Assembly: GCF_009914755.1 (NCBI RefSeq)
Contig: NC_060930.1
Origin: the human T2T-CHM13v2.0 reference genome, Homo sapiens
Strand: one strand, 5' to 3'
DNA: 64,000 bases
Positions 29,077-44,620 of this stretch are shown piece by piece. The translations under genes were made by a program, and so were the position numbers. Under the pieces are notes generated by a model that was given only the letters and a program-made list of their open reading frames with translations, was not told where the DNA came from and searched no databases. The stretch's first letter is position 1, and every line of letters starts with the position of its first letter.

Positions 29077-30035
29077 TTAAAGTAGTCCCTGGAGTATTAT
29101 ATTTTTTTATCAAAATACTTGATAAAACTGCACAAATGTCATTAAATAATAATTTCTATATTCTGAGCCCATTGGGGAATTTTCAGTCCTAGAAATGTCC
29201 TCAAAAATGGCAAAGCTTTCTGCTTCCCTTCTTGAAAGTAGAGGGGAAGAAATGGTGAAGCAAAGTTTTTCTGGAAAAAAGGAATCCTAGTACCCTACTT
29301 ACAAATGGAGCATCTTAAATATTCACTAGTGTACTTGCTTTTCTAGTGAAGAGATGAGATTCACATATCATCATGGATCATTGCCCTCTATAAGTGCACA
29401 AATTAGTAGCAAGAACAACTATTTTAGGGCCATGTAAGTTATCAGTATCATCAGAACTTGGGCCTTAATTACTAATATCTTAAAATGGAGTATTAAGAAA
29501 CAATAGAAAAATATTAGTATTCTCTTTTATGACAAAGCTTCATTAGTTTTCTAGAGTATATCTAGATATATGTGACTGTATTTCACAGAAAAGTTTTAGT
29601 TTTTCAGAGAAAAGGAAAACACACCCTCAAGATAATTTCAAAGAGGAATTTAATGGGCATGGGAGGTGGCTTATTTAACAGTAATTTTTTTCTGGTCAAT
29701 TGAATGATTAAATATTTTCATTCTTAAAGATTCAGAACATGCAGAGTTGTTTTGCACAAGCAGTCACTGTGTCAGCAGAGATTGGAAACAAATACTAGCC
29801 AAAATTTTTTTAATGCCACAATTGAATGCTGGCACAGAAAGGGACAAATTCTTAATGTCTCTGCAAGCAAAAATCTCCAGAAACTGAATATAACTTTTTT
29901 TCAAATTTGCTTTTACTCAGATAAATGGGAAAGTAACAATTCCTGGCTTCCTGACATGACTTCAACTCCGGGCCTTGTGAAGATTCTAGATGAGTCAGCC
30001 TTGATCTGTGTCTAGCAGAGCAAGTTACACAAATT

Positions 30036-30350
30036 CTTCTTTTTTTTTTTTTTTTGACACAGGGTCTCACTCTTGTCACCAAGCTGGAGTGCAGTGGCAC
30101 AATCAAAGCTGATTGTAACCTTGAACTCCTGGACTCAAGTGATCCTCCCACTTCGGCCTCCTGAATAGCTGGGACTGCAGACATGTGCCACCACGCCCAT
30201 CTAATTTTTATTTTTTTAAAGACAGGGACTCGCCCGTTTCTCAGGCTGGTCTTGAACTCCTTATTTATTTATTATTTATTTATATCAAGTGATCCTGCCT
30301 CAGTCTCCCTGAGTAGCTAGTATTTCAGGCAGAAGCAACCATGCACAGCA
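30036..30350 (-). mobile_element. Alu (AluJ), diverged, with internal (TTTA)n
   Basis: gacacagggtctcactcttgtcaccaagctggagtgcagtggcac; degenerate TSD caagttacacaaattct / caggttatatgaattct. Confidence 0.88.
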
Positions 30351-30467
30351 GGTTATATGAATTCTAATTTCCTCTGCTACTATATATAGACCTCTGGGAA
30401 CCAAGGTTTTCAGGAATTATTGTTAGCAAAATGAAAGCAAAATAAATTATATATTTAAAAAATATAT

Positions 30468-31670
30468 AGTCAGGTGTAGTGGCTCACTCTTGTAATCCTA
30501 GCACTTTGGGAGGCCAAGGCAGGAGGACTGTTTGAGCTCAGGAGTTTGAGACCAGCCTGGACAACATAGCAAGACCTTGTCTCTACAAAAAAATATATAT
30601 ATTCTATATTATATATAATATATAAAATACATATTCTATATTATATATAATATATAAAATACATATTCTATATTATATATAATATATAAAATACATATTC
30701 TATATTATATATAATATATAAAATACATATTCTATATTATATATAATATATAAAATACATATTCTATATTATATATAATATATAAAATACATATTCTATA
30801 TTATATGTAATATATAAAATACATATTCTATATTATATGTAATATATAAAATACATATTATATATTATATATAATATATAAAATACATATTATATATTAT
30901 ATATAATATATAAAATACATATTATATATTATATATAATATATAAAATACATATTATATATTAAATATAATATATAAAATACATGTTATATATTAAATAT
31001 ATAAAATACATGTTATATATTATATATAACATATAAAATACATATTATATATTATATATAACATATAAAATACATATTATATATAACATATAAAATACAT
31101 ATTATATATTATATATAACATATAAAATACATATTATATATTATATATAACATATAAAATACATATTATATATTATATATAATATATAAAATACATATTA
31201 TATATTATATATAATATATAAAATACATATTATATATTATATATAATATATAAAATACATATTATATATTATATATAATATATAAAATACATATTATATA
31301 TTATATATAATATATAAAATACATATTATATATTATATATATTATATATTATATATATTATATATTATATATATTATATATATATATTTTTTGAGCTCAG
31401 GAGTTTGAGACCAGCCTGGACAACATAGCAAGACCTTGTCTCTACAAAAAAAAATATATATATATATATATTACATATATATTATATTATAATTATATAT
31501 ATATGTAACGTTAGCTAGGCAACGTGGCGTGCACCTGTAGTCCCAGCTATTCAGGAGGCTGAGGAGAAAAGATCCCTTGAGCCCAGGGGGTCAAGCTGCA
31601 GTGAGCCATGATCAAGCCACTGCATTCCAGCCTGGGTGAGAGAGCAAGATCTTGTCTCAAAAACTAAAAC
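30468..31670 (+). mobile_element. AluJ split by an AT-rich minisatellite and a partial left-arm duplication
   Basis: Left arm 30468-30593, duplicated left-arm segment 31390-31454, right arm about 31511-31670. Confidence 0.88.
30594..31387. repeat. AT-rich minisatellite, 32-bp unit attMtatattatatataatatataaaatacat
   Basis: attc recurs at 30601, 30633, 30665, 30697, 30729, 30761, 30793 and 30825 (period 32). Later units read atta and the array decays into short TATATAT-type repeats. Confidence 0.95.
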
Positions 31671-31673
31671 TAA

Positions 31674-31683
31674 TATGTGTGTG

Positions 31684-31728
<45 letters not shown>

Positions 31729-31776
31729 GTATATGTATATATGTGTGTATATATGCATATAAGTGTGTATATATAT
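31674..31776. repeat. Compound (TG)n/(TA)n microsatellite at the Alu tail
   Basis: Read directly. Confidence 0.9.
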
Positions 31777-32958
31777 TCACACATTATTTTGTGGAAAAAT
31801 AGAATCTTATTAAAATTTATTTGGGGAAGAATTTACCTTGTCTCTTATATGACCATTATGACCATTGGGGATTTTTGTTTCCAGAAATAACCATTATTTT
31901 TTTTCATATAAGTGAGCTATAGGTAAACAAATTTTGTACTGTATCCCCTCAATTTTAAGAAACAGATTTTAACATATTCAAAATTAGTATATACCTTAAA
32001 ATCATTCAGATTATTTGATACGGTGGCAAGACTTATTTCCCAAAAATCAATTGACTTGACTCATCTTACAATTAATAGAAAGCTAAAATGAAGAAATAAT
32101 GTACTCTGTCTCTGGCAAGTTTTGGTGTAATTTACTTACCTACCTCATTGGGTATAAAGTATTTGCTTCATTGGTTATATATTCTTTATGCAAAAATAAA
32201 TTTCTAGTAAAATAAGTAAATCACATCCAAAATTTTGAGTATCGTTCATGATATGTTTTTTTGGAGCAAAGATCCGTAATTTTCAACTGATTCCGTGCCT
32301 TCAGAAAAGATTGACAATCACTGTGTAGATATTACTGTAAAGGCTTTTCACCCAAATGCCCCATACCTTACTCTAATTGAGAAAGATCTCTTTATATAAT
32401 ATCCTAGCACCAAAATGGTTTGTACTCCTGAAATATGCTCTGCAAATAGCTGGAAAGGTTATTTTCCCTAATTCTATTTAATAATTTGGCTAGCTGGTTC
32501 GTTACAATGGCTCAAAGAACACAGCTATAATCACAAGGACCTTGGCCTTCTGAAATTTTAAAACAGAGACTTAAAATTACAGGGCTGAGGTTGTCCAGAG
32601 TTTATATGTAGTCCAAATATCTTTTTTCATAGAAACAGCTGCTAAGGAAACAAAGGTTAGGCAACAGCTGGTCAGGCAAATGGTTACAGAGCCAAGACTG
32701 TAAGATTTGAGGAAAACTCCATACCCTGAAACCAAAACGCTTTCTTACAGTGTAAATTGCTCCAGTTCAGAGACTGCCTCAACACCCAGTCCCTGGCTCT
32801 ATCAAAATAACTATTATAAGAACTGATGCCAAAGCCTTAAGAATCACTCATAAATAACGTCTTCAAAATTTCTATTCCACCCCGCCCCACACACCACCAA
32901 AAAAAAAAAAAAAAACCACACCAAAAACTCAGAAGACTGTCTATACTTCAAACAGTGA

Positions 32959-33379
<421 letters not shown>

Positions 33380-34779
33380 TCCTTTTTCAATAAAACTACA
33401 TTTTTAATACAGATATGTCATATTCCTACAAGTAAGGATTAATAACAATAAACATAATAAAATTCTGTCTAGCCATCATCCTTCTAAGGACATCACAATA
33501 CATTTTATACATAGAGAGAATACCTCTAAACACTGCAGATTAGATATATTCATCAAAAAAAAAAGCTTTAATCACAATTGGCATGAGAGTGAAGAAAAGC
33601 AGGGAGAGAGTGCCTTGGTGTGACAAAGGTAGATCATTGAAGTAGTTTTAATATTTTTTCCAGAAGGTGACTATAACCTTCCAAGTGTTTGAGTTTAAAT
33701 CATACTCTGTGATGTTCTGGGAAATTTATATCACTATAAATTATCAAGCATTCAAATCAAGGCAGTAGAGCCACATTTGGGGTCACAAAAATGAGACATA
33801 TATCAGAATTCTCCTTACTATGTCTGCCAGGCTCAAAAGTAATACTTGTCTTAACCTTACAAAGATCATCAAAATAAAACTGTAGTGGGCAAATGAATAC
33901 ATCAGTTGGAGAAAACAAAGTGAAATAGGCAGAGGCCTTCATGATTTCATTTCTTTCAAGATAGACTGCCTTTACAGTATTTTATGCAGTCTATTGGGAG
34001 CATTCATGTATTAGAGGCATATAAAAAAGAAATTCAGTAGAGTCACCATCAAACATTTAAAAAAGAGACTTGTTCAAAGGTTTCAGTCCAGAGCAGAAAT
34101 TCTACCATCTCAGTGTGAACAAGAAGCACAAAATGATCCTGTCTGAGACTCCTCAGCTCATCCAAGAGCAGGTACCAGGCACCAGCAATGGTCTCCTCCG
34201 GTGTTTTGAGGGGGACAAGTAGACCTGCCTCCAATAAAATAATTCCCTATCAATCTGCAGTTCCACCATCAAAGTCACATATGGGGTTATATTGCAGAGT
34301 CACTGATTCACTTCAATCAAATAGTTGTAAGAAGAATAGATGAATCAGATACAACAATCGGGCCCCCAGGTGTTTATATTCAGTTAGGATGGACACATGT
34401 GTGCCTATTTATGACATCAAGCATTAAATCATAAATGCAAAAATAAGTATACTCTATTGCTAAGTGGACCTTTAGTTGTAAATATTTCCAAAATCTATTA
34501 AAGTTTAACAATTAAAGTAGTGGGCATATGTGATTTTCCCGTAAGTTTTCTGTATTCAACACTTATTATAACTAGAGAAAATGCTAGTAAACATACATCA
34601 GGTACTAACGTACTATATCTTGAATTAGGGTGGGTAGAGCAGGGCTGTTCATAAGGAGGGGGAACAAAAGAAGCCAAGGCTGACTGCTGACACTAGGTCA
34701 AGGTATGTTCACAAAGTGCTGTGAAGCATGCAGGATGGGGAAGGGGAGGCAGGATAGGGAGATCCGCCATAGAAATAGA

Positions 34780-35659
<880 letters not shown>

Positions 35660-36135
35660 CATAATTGAGGTTTTTGATCTCTAGGCAGCCTTCCCCAAGA
35701 GAACTAGTTGTCCAAAGGATTTTTTCTGTGTCTGCCTTATTCACGAGTGCTGCATTTACCCATTTCCCAGGGATGCTTAATTTCTACACTGGGAGCCCAC
35801 ATAGGTGCTTTAAACTTCAAAACTTCAGGGAAGTTTTTCATTAAGGATACAGGGTTTAAGGGCAGAGCAAAGGAGGGTGGAGAAGATAGATCAGAAAGGT
35901 GAACTTACTAAGCATCAAGTTTTAGACACTCGCTGAGCTCTTTAAGATATTTTTTCTCTCTTAATCCCCCATTTGACAACAGAGGGATGATGATACTTCA
36001 AGGTGTGTCAGTGACTTGGTTGCCCAAGATGGTATAGCCAGCCTTTGGTAGAGGCTGGAAGGAGGCCAGGCTCACTTGGAAGTCTAACTGCAACTTCCAG
36101 GAACAGGCATCCATATCATCTTCATTTAGGTTTGA

Positions 36136-36461
<326 letters not shown>

Positions 36462-39400
36462 TTACTGAAATAAGTTTATTTCTTTGTTACTTGATCCATT
36501 TGCAACCTAAATAAAATGTGATTACTAAACAGAAAAAAAATGCTAAAGCTAAAAAAGGTCATAATTGAAGATTTTCCAGGTAGACCATGAAAATATAAAA
36601 GCAATTTCCACAGGAAATTACCAGTGATTCCACCCTGGATGTTTAAGGCCTGAAGGTCTAATACGTACTGTCTATTGCTCTATAACAATATAATACTGAT
36701 AACTTGCTTTGCTTTTGGGTTGACACTATGGTCTGAGGTTTTAGTATTGATCTTTAATTTTCAATCCATCCTCATAGTTTTGCTCTATCCAAGCAAAAGA
36801 ATAGTATGAATTGATTTATGGATCACAGTTTTTTTGAACATTTGCTTTATATGACCTCAAACCAATTTTCTGTGAACAATGAAAGGAGGAAAACATCTGC
36901 TCAAAAAATGCTAGGCCAGGTGAATAATATCCTTCCCCCCTCTTCCTTTTCCTCTTCTTTAAATAGAGGCCCATCCTTGTTTACAGGATGAGGGCAAGAG
37001 GTAAAATCCTTTCCAAAAAGGATGTAGTGTATGACATTGTTTATTAAGTTATTCTGTAAAACTGCTACATTGGCTGCCCAAGGAGATTTATTCAACATAA
37101 GAGTAGCTAAGCTCTCACCTATGTCAATAGATACCTGTGAGAGGCCTAATGGAACTCTAGGAAATATTGGAAAAAACAAAGGCTCTGAGGAGGTCTCTCT
37201 CTTAACTCACTCATGCCACTAAACTTCTGTTTCTGAATCCATAAAATGGAAATGCATGTTCCTACCTACCAGGGCTGTTCTAAGGTACAAATAAGCTTGT
37301 TGAGGGGGTACAGAAGAACAGGCTTTCATTGAATTTTGTTCATTGAATGTCTGCATAGTGCCGAAGCCTAATATGGAATGCTTTATTCCCATCATATAGA
37401 CGAGAACAGTGCAACTCAAAGATTAACAGCAGGACAAGCTCTTTGCTCAAATTGCTTAGATTAAAAAAAGAAAAAAAGCAGAGCTAGGATTCAGAATAAA
37501 ATCTCTTTGATTCAAAAATTCATGCTTTTCCCATTATTCTTTCCTATACATAAAGCACCATATAAGATGAGCTTAGTTTTGTTATTATTAGTTTACCAAA
37601 TCTAAGAAATCAATCACTTGTTAGACCCACCATTCATTATTTTGCCAACAGCTTGTAAAGAAAAAAAAAAAAAACCACTGCCAATAATATTATGAACCAA
37701 CTGTAAGGTTGCACTGCAATTTCAGAGAAGTTTAAATGTGAATGAAACAAATATAATCTTAGAATCAATGGGAGACAGAAACAGAGTGCCCAAGTAGAAC
37801 CAATTTTTAAATTTCATAAAGTTACAAACTTGGTTCTTTTAAGGCTTACCAGGTCTTTCAAATCTTTAATAAAGGATAGAGATAGAGCCATTTATTCAGT
37901 CAACATTGTATACCTACTCTGTGTGTAGCATTGTCTCAACCTTCAAGGACAGCAGATATACCAAAAAATAGCTCTGGATATGACGATAGAAGACTGCAAA
38001 GATAAGAGGGTACACAAAGCATGGAGTAGTTATTTATCCCAGGGACAGAACAAGCTGTCAATTTTTTCATGGCAAACACAAAGGTCAAGTTAGTTGCAGG
38101 CAGTCACTTACCACCTCATCATCTTTGTTACACACAAGTAACTGACGTCAAATGCAAAGCATCAATTTTATTATGAAAGCCCCTACCCTGGATTCATCTG
38201 TTTATCCTTTGTCACCTTTAGGAAGGTTTGTCACCTTTCCGACTGGCACAGAAGTCTTTGTAATGGGACATGGGTTATTGGAACCTGCCCAGGCCTGGAT
38301 TCCTCCAGACTTTGCACATCACCACCTGTACCCGTCACGTTCCTTGGCTTGGTTTTTGGGCTCCTGGAAAGACTCTGGGATTGTCCCTTGGCTGACCTGC
38401 ACCTTAGCATTTTCACTGAAACAGTCCTGCTGGGATGAGTTTCTGTCTTCTAGGAGTACACCTGAAGACCTAAACAAACCCCAGAGACCACCTGCTATGC
38501 CCTGGATCACTTGGCAATGACTCAGTTTACATCCTTTAAGTTTCTGTTTTGCACCAATCAATGAATTTATTGTAGCCTGAAAGACATGTGTTAGAAACAC
38601 AGTCATTCATTTCCGAATATCAAAGCCACTTACTTGTCACGTTAATTGATTCAGCACACTTCAAGTTAATTAATAAAAGAAGAAAATCCCTAACTATCTT
38701 TTGATAGTTGTGGATTGTCTCTTAACTCTCTATTTCCTGGATTAACATGAGGGTTGCCAAATTAGCTCTAAAATATCACCCATGGCATAAATATTGCCAA
38801 TTCATTTGTTTATTGTTCTATGAGAATGTGTTCCTTGTCTACGCAGTTTATTCATTCAGCAAATACTTTTGGCATGTACCTACTAGTGAAAGGCACTGTG
38901 ATACTCACAGTGATGGTAATATATTGATGAATAAGATGGAATAATGAACTTGCAAAAAGCTAGTGGGCTCAGATTTTTAAATCCTTGAGCTGAAAACAAT
39001 ATGCATTTATTAAAATGTCAATTATATGCTATTCTGTACTATTTTTCATTTCTGTTTTCTGAAATAGTTTCTACCCCATTGCCTCTGTTTGACAAATGAG
39101 GAAACTGAAAGATTAGTCAGAGAGATTAAACAATTTGCCAGAGATAAAGCCAACAGTGCTTAGATTTGAACCCAGGTCTCTTGACTCTAAATCAATCATC
39201 TGACTTTTTACTAAAACATGCTGCTCATGACATCTGTTCAAAAAGGGGTATTATGGTATAGTTAGACGTTCCAGGCTCAGGCAGATTTGTGTTGTGTTGG
39301 TTGTCATTAATGAAACCTTAGAGAACAACTTAGCAGCTAGAGCTACAGTATTTCAAATGCTAGTCTTTCAACTAACAAACAAGACACCTTTGTTTGTTTA

Positions 39401-41581
39401 CGTTTGACCAAGGAAATATCATGGATCTATATTGTATTCATATAAGTGTCCATAGATTCATTGGAATTCATTATAATGAATTCCAGGTCCATAACAAAGG
39501 ATTGTTCCAAAGGTGACCCACTCTTAAGTTGAAATAACATTTGGTCCCAATAACTAAATCCCCCTGGACTGGAGTCCACTAAGTAGCAAAGCACTTGCCA
39601 GCTTGCTTACTTTCAGAGTACTCTCTGTACTCTGTCTCACCATAAGAGGGGTATGAGGCTGTTCTTTTAGCTATTTTTAGTTAAACATGCACTGCTAAAA
39701 CACATACAATAGCCTAACATTTTAAAAAAGTGACAGCCTTCATTTCTCATGGGAAAGAACTGGTTATTAATTTAGATCTCCCTTAGACACTCTCTAGAAA
39801 GGCCCAATTACCTGAAGTATGAAAAACACTTCAAGGTATGACACCTATAACATGTTGACATGGAATGTGTCTCACTCTTTATTCTACTATTGTGCTATAC
39901 TGAAGTTATTTATACTTCCGATAACCCCCTTTCCTCTGCTGTGCACACACATACACATATGCACACAGACTCCATAGGATTCTGTTTCCTGAGGGCAGGA
40001 AGTTCCATCCATTTCCCTACTCTCAATATGCCATCTGGCACACAGTCATTCATTAGCATTTGTTGAGCAAATATGCCGAAGTGCCAAAGTAAAAGCCACT
40101 GATCTGCCCAAGGACACGAGTAAATGCCTCGAGAGCTCTGCATCCCCACAAAGGAGGTGGATGGGTCAGTGTCAATCCTGAGAACAGCAAAATCAAGAAA
40201 TAAGGTAGCTTTAAATCCTTGCTAGAATAGTTATCTGGTTAATAAATGCTGGAAGTCTGTGGTAAGAATAAGCTGTTGCACTGAATCAGTTATTAATACA
40301 ACCCTATATCACCTGTGAAGGAAAAGTAACATCAACTATAAATTCTGAAATTGCAAGGAAAAATAATCATTTTCACTCTATGCTTTTACCTCCCCTCTCC
40401 TAAAGAAACCAGAACCACTGTCAGATTAGCAATGACTGATTTCTCAATAGTCACAACCTGTCTTTATCTTATTGAGCTTCAGAATACATGATAAAATTGC
40501 ACCAAGAGAAGAATATGAAGTCCTTGATTCTCTACAGCACAGCATTAAACCACTACTTTAATCACTAATCAACAACCATAATTTAGCCTAATTATAAATT
40601 ACAAGTATCTAATTTTAGAAGATCTTTGCTTTATAAATCCTAGACACTGGAGACATTATTAACTTAGCTCCTTGAAATTATTCCAGGGCCGGAAACATCC
40701 CTTGTACATTCTTGCTGCATGTATCTGGTCTAGAAACAGACCTGTAATCAGGATCTTTTCTTCAGGTTTCTAGGGGTCAGAGCAGCCATCTATTTGGTAT
40801 GAGTTGAGCATCTCTGAGAAGGCAATTATATGCCACCCACCCAAATCTCTCTTCTCCTTATACTTGAAATATCCCCTTGGGCCTCAGATTTTATTTTAAT
40901 CGCTCCCCCAAGGTACTGGTCCCAGGAAATGTGGTAAATTCAAGCCCTTATCAATGTAACAAAGACGCGAGTCAAGGAGATCCCTGAAATGGGAAAAGAA
41001 ATCCCAGAAAGGAAGGGACTAATTTGTCCCAGAATATACACACGTGCATGGAGAACATAAGCCTTTTGCTTGTAGCTTTGAACTACCACCAACTATGTTT
41101 CTGTTGGGTGTTGAACATTTTCAACTAGAACTGGGACAACCGAAGTATTATCTTTACCAGGTGTAACTACTGGCATAAAAAAAGAAAGGCAAAAACCACT
41201 GTGGTCCTTCAAGATGTGATGGGCCAGTGACATCGCGCTGAATTTTCTGATTTGTAAAATGAGGGGTTGTGCTGCTCCTGGGGACCCCCGCACACCTTTA
41301 AGCTCCCACATGATGGGTCTATGGTATATATCTATGGCGCAAATTTCACTGGCAGTGTGATGGACCACACTTTGTACATGGGCAGGTCATATAGGTATGA
41401 TGATGACAGTCGCCAACTGATTCAAAGAACAGTGTCCCAAAACTCCTGACCTCTGGAGATACTGGACAGTCAAGAGTACTAAGCAGCAAAACAAATGGGG
41501 GAAAAATGTTTGCTCCCCTGGCCTCCTACTCCTTGAGCGGCCTTCTATAGGAAATTGCAAATCATTGAGAAAGCTACAGGG

Positions 41582-41900
<319 letters not shown>

Positions 41901-42646
41901 CTACAGGGTAGCAGCTTTAGCAAGTGAATGCTAGTAACTTTTTTTTACCCTGAAAATCGCACAGTGGTGCTGATGATTAGTCATTCCTGATCATCACATG
42001 ATGCTGAACTTCATGAAGTACAACGGCTAATGTGTATGGTCTTCCCGTTAAGACAGAGGCAGCCTAGTAGAGACTTGGCTTTGGAAAAGGAAGCTAGTAT
42101 TAGGAGTTTATCTTTACTGTTTAGAGTTGACTTTATCTCAAAGGATGTCAGCAGCATATATCATGTGACAGCGGATCAGTCACGACACCTCATCTAAATG
42201 CAGTCATCATAGTACGTGGTCTTCCCACTGCCTTGCCTACCGTCCATAAAAAGAGGGTCACTCTAGTCCCTGACAGCCATGCCTTCATACCATCCACCTC
42301 CAGCCAGAACTAATAATTCAGGGGTAGCAGTGTGAAAAAGACCAGCAGCTTCAGGAATTTTGGGTTCCAGAACTGATATGGATACTAATTAGCTCTGTGC
42401 AAGTTAACTTTTCTCTGTCTCCATGTCCTAAACAATGAAAGGGCTGATTAGACCATATGAGCTCTCAGCTCCCTTCCATCTTCAGTGATTCTTTGATAAT
42501 AATATAAGTTATCCAAATGGTATCATTTATTATGATTGCTTACTGTGTGCCACGCACCATACTAAGTGCTTTTCATTTATCATCTATTTTAATCCTTGCA
42601 AAAAGAGAGGAAAATGACATTATCCTCACTTTATAGATTAAAAACT

Positions 42647-42971
<325 letters not shown>

Positions 42972-43458
42972 TTACAGAGTTCTTCCCTGCTTATACCTTT
43001 CAGTCAAAGGGTGTTCTTTGTTTAAAAATCACACACAAATTCAGTGAGACAACAACAAAAATTCACGTAAAACCAGACCGAATATGAAATAGTATTATTC
43101 TAACAATTCTATTTTATCAACTGATGACTTCACTTTTTACTCTGCTTTTTTAAACTGCCAAATCAAGTGAATAGATTCATTATTTTAAACACAGTGTTGC
43201 ATAAATCTAGATGATTCCTCTGACAAACCTCTAAGAAGGTGTATGACAATGATACGCAGGTACTGAAATCAAAAGCAGCTTTAGGAAAACTAATCTTCCG
43301 TATCTAGGGCCTCGTGTTAAAAATGCCTTCGTCAGGGGTGACTCCACTTCAGTGCCAAATGTCTGTCATTCACCTGCCACTTCCATCAAGTATTAATATG
43401 AAAAAAGGCAACGTTTTTACCTGTTATAATGAGGTGAACTTTTAGCTTTAATTTGATT

Positions 43459-43470
43459 GCCACCTGCTGG
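43459..43470 (-). promoter_or_regulatory. CTCF core motif CCAGCAGGTGGC
   Basis: Plus-strand gccacctgctgg is an exact match to the reverse of CCASYAGRKGGC, in apparently unique sequence. Confidence 0.65.
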
Positions 43471-44399
43471 CTAAAAGACACAACCTTCCTTCCGCAGCAA
43501 AAACTGCTTGGTAACTCAGAAGGATAAATGCAAACAAATGAAATTCATATCATTAGCAAAGCCAGCGCTCACTTCTACCAGGTTGTCTTCTAAAAGGAAG
43601 GGAACTAATATTTAATGTGTCTATTGTATGTCAGGTGCTATGCTAGGTGCTTCAGATTACTATATTATTACATTTAATCAGTTCCAAACCATGTGACATA
43701 CCACCATTTTGAAGAAGGAAAAACAAGCAACTGCCTTCACATCACACAAACAAAAAGCAGCAACAATCCGAAACTAGGTCTCACCTAGACAACTTTTCTT
43801 CATCATCAGCATATCCTCATTCCATGATTCCATGATTCCACCCTACCATGGGATGCCCTAGTAATCTCATGCTATCCAGAAAATATTGGTGAGCTGAGGC
43901 TAAGAAGCAGAGCTATAATTCACTGTAGAGTCACAAAGCCTTCCTGATATTTCACAGGGAAGCAGAGGCAGGCCAGATAAATACCTCAAAACATTAGCAG
44001 GGAGAGCCAGCAACAATTAGTCAAAGGTAGAACGAGAAGACTGTGAAAGTCATCAACAGAAGCAACATAAGGGGATGAGAAAAAAGACTTGAATAATTAC
44101 AAACCTTCAGTCCTTTAGCAAAAACAAAAACAAAAAAAAGAAAATAAGGAGTGTTGGGTATTTTTCTTTGGTCCATTTAGGAAAGACTCATCTGCTCACC
44201 CATCTCCTGGGGGTCCCTGGGTACTGGTGCTGTGTAGCACACACATGGCCCAGCGCCTGGCCACCAAGAGCTCACCATCTTGTTGGCCAGGCAAATATAA
44301 AGGAAGGCTTTCGTGCTAGAGGTGCTCAGAGCCCCTCTCTCACTCTTATCTACCATCTCCTTTTGTCTTTGAGAGCCTTTACCACTGAAAAAACAACGG

Positions 44400-44620
44400 C
44401 TAGTGTTTGAGTGATAACTTTGTGCCGGACACTGTTCTAAGCACTTTAATATATTAACTTAATCTTCACACAATGGTAAGAGATAACTGGTATCTTTAAT
44501 CTCTCTTCCATAGATAGGAGGGTAAGCAACTTGCCTGAGATCACACAGATCTCTTAAGCTATGGAACCAGTGTTCAAATCTAGGCACTTTGAGGCACTTT
44601 GTTTCACAATTCATATCTTT
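44400..44620 (-). mobile_element. MIR SINE
   Basis: tgtgccggacactgttctaagcacttta ... taagcaacttgcctgagatcacacag ... ttcaaatctaggca. Confidence 0.8.

Noticed and set aside
30594-31387. Regular 32-bp period resembling a CRISPR array
   Set aside because: Units are head-to-tail with no unique spacers, there are no cas genes, and the context is primate DNA. It is a minisatellite.
38152-38520. 122-aa ATG-initiated ORF next to the CRE
   Set aside because: No recognisable homology or splice structure, and the length is compatible with chance. Only Ribo-seq or conservation could rescue it.
41968-42010. TGATGA...CTGA resembling C/D-box snoRNA motifs
   Set aside because: The boxes are too close together, there is no terminal stem, and the site is outside any evident host intron.
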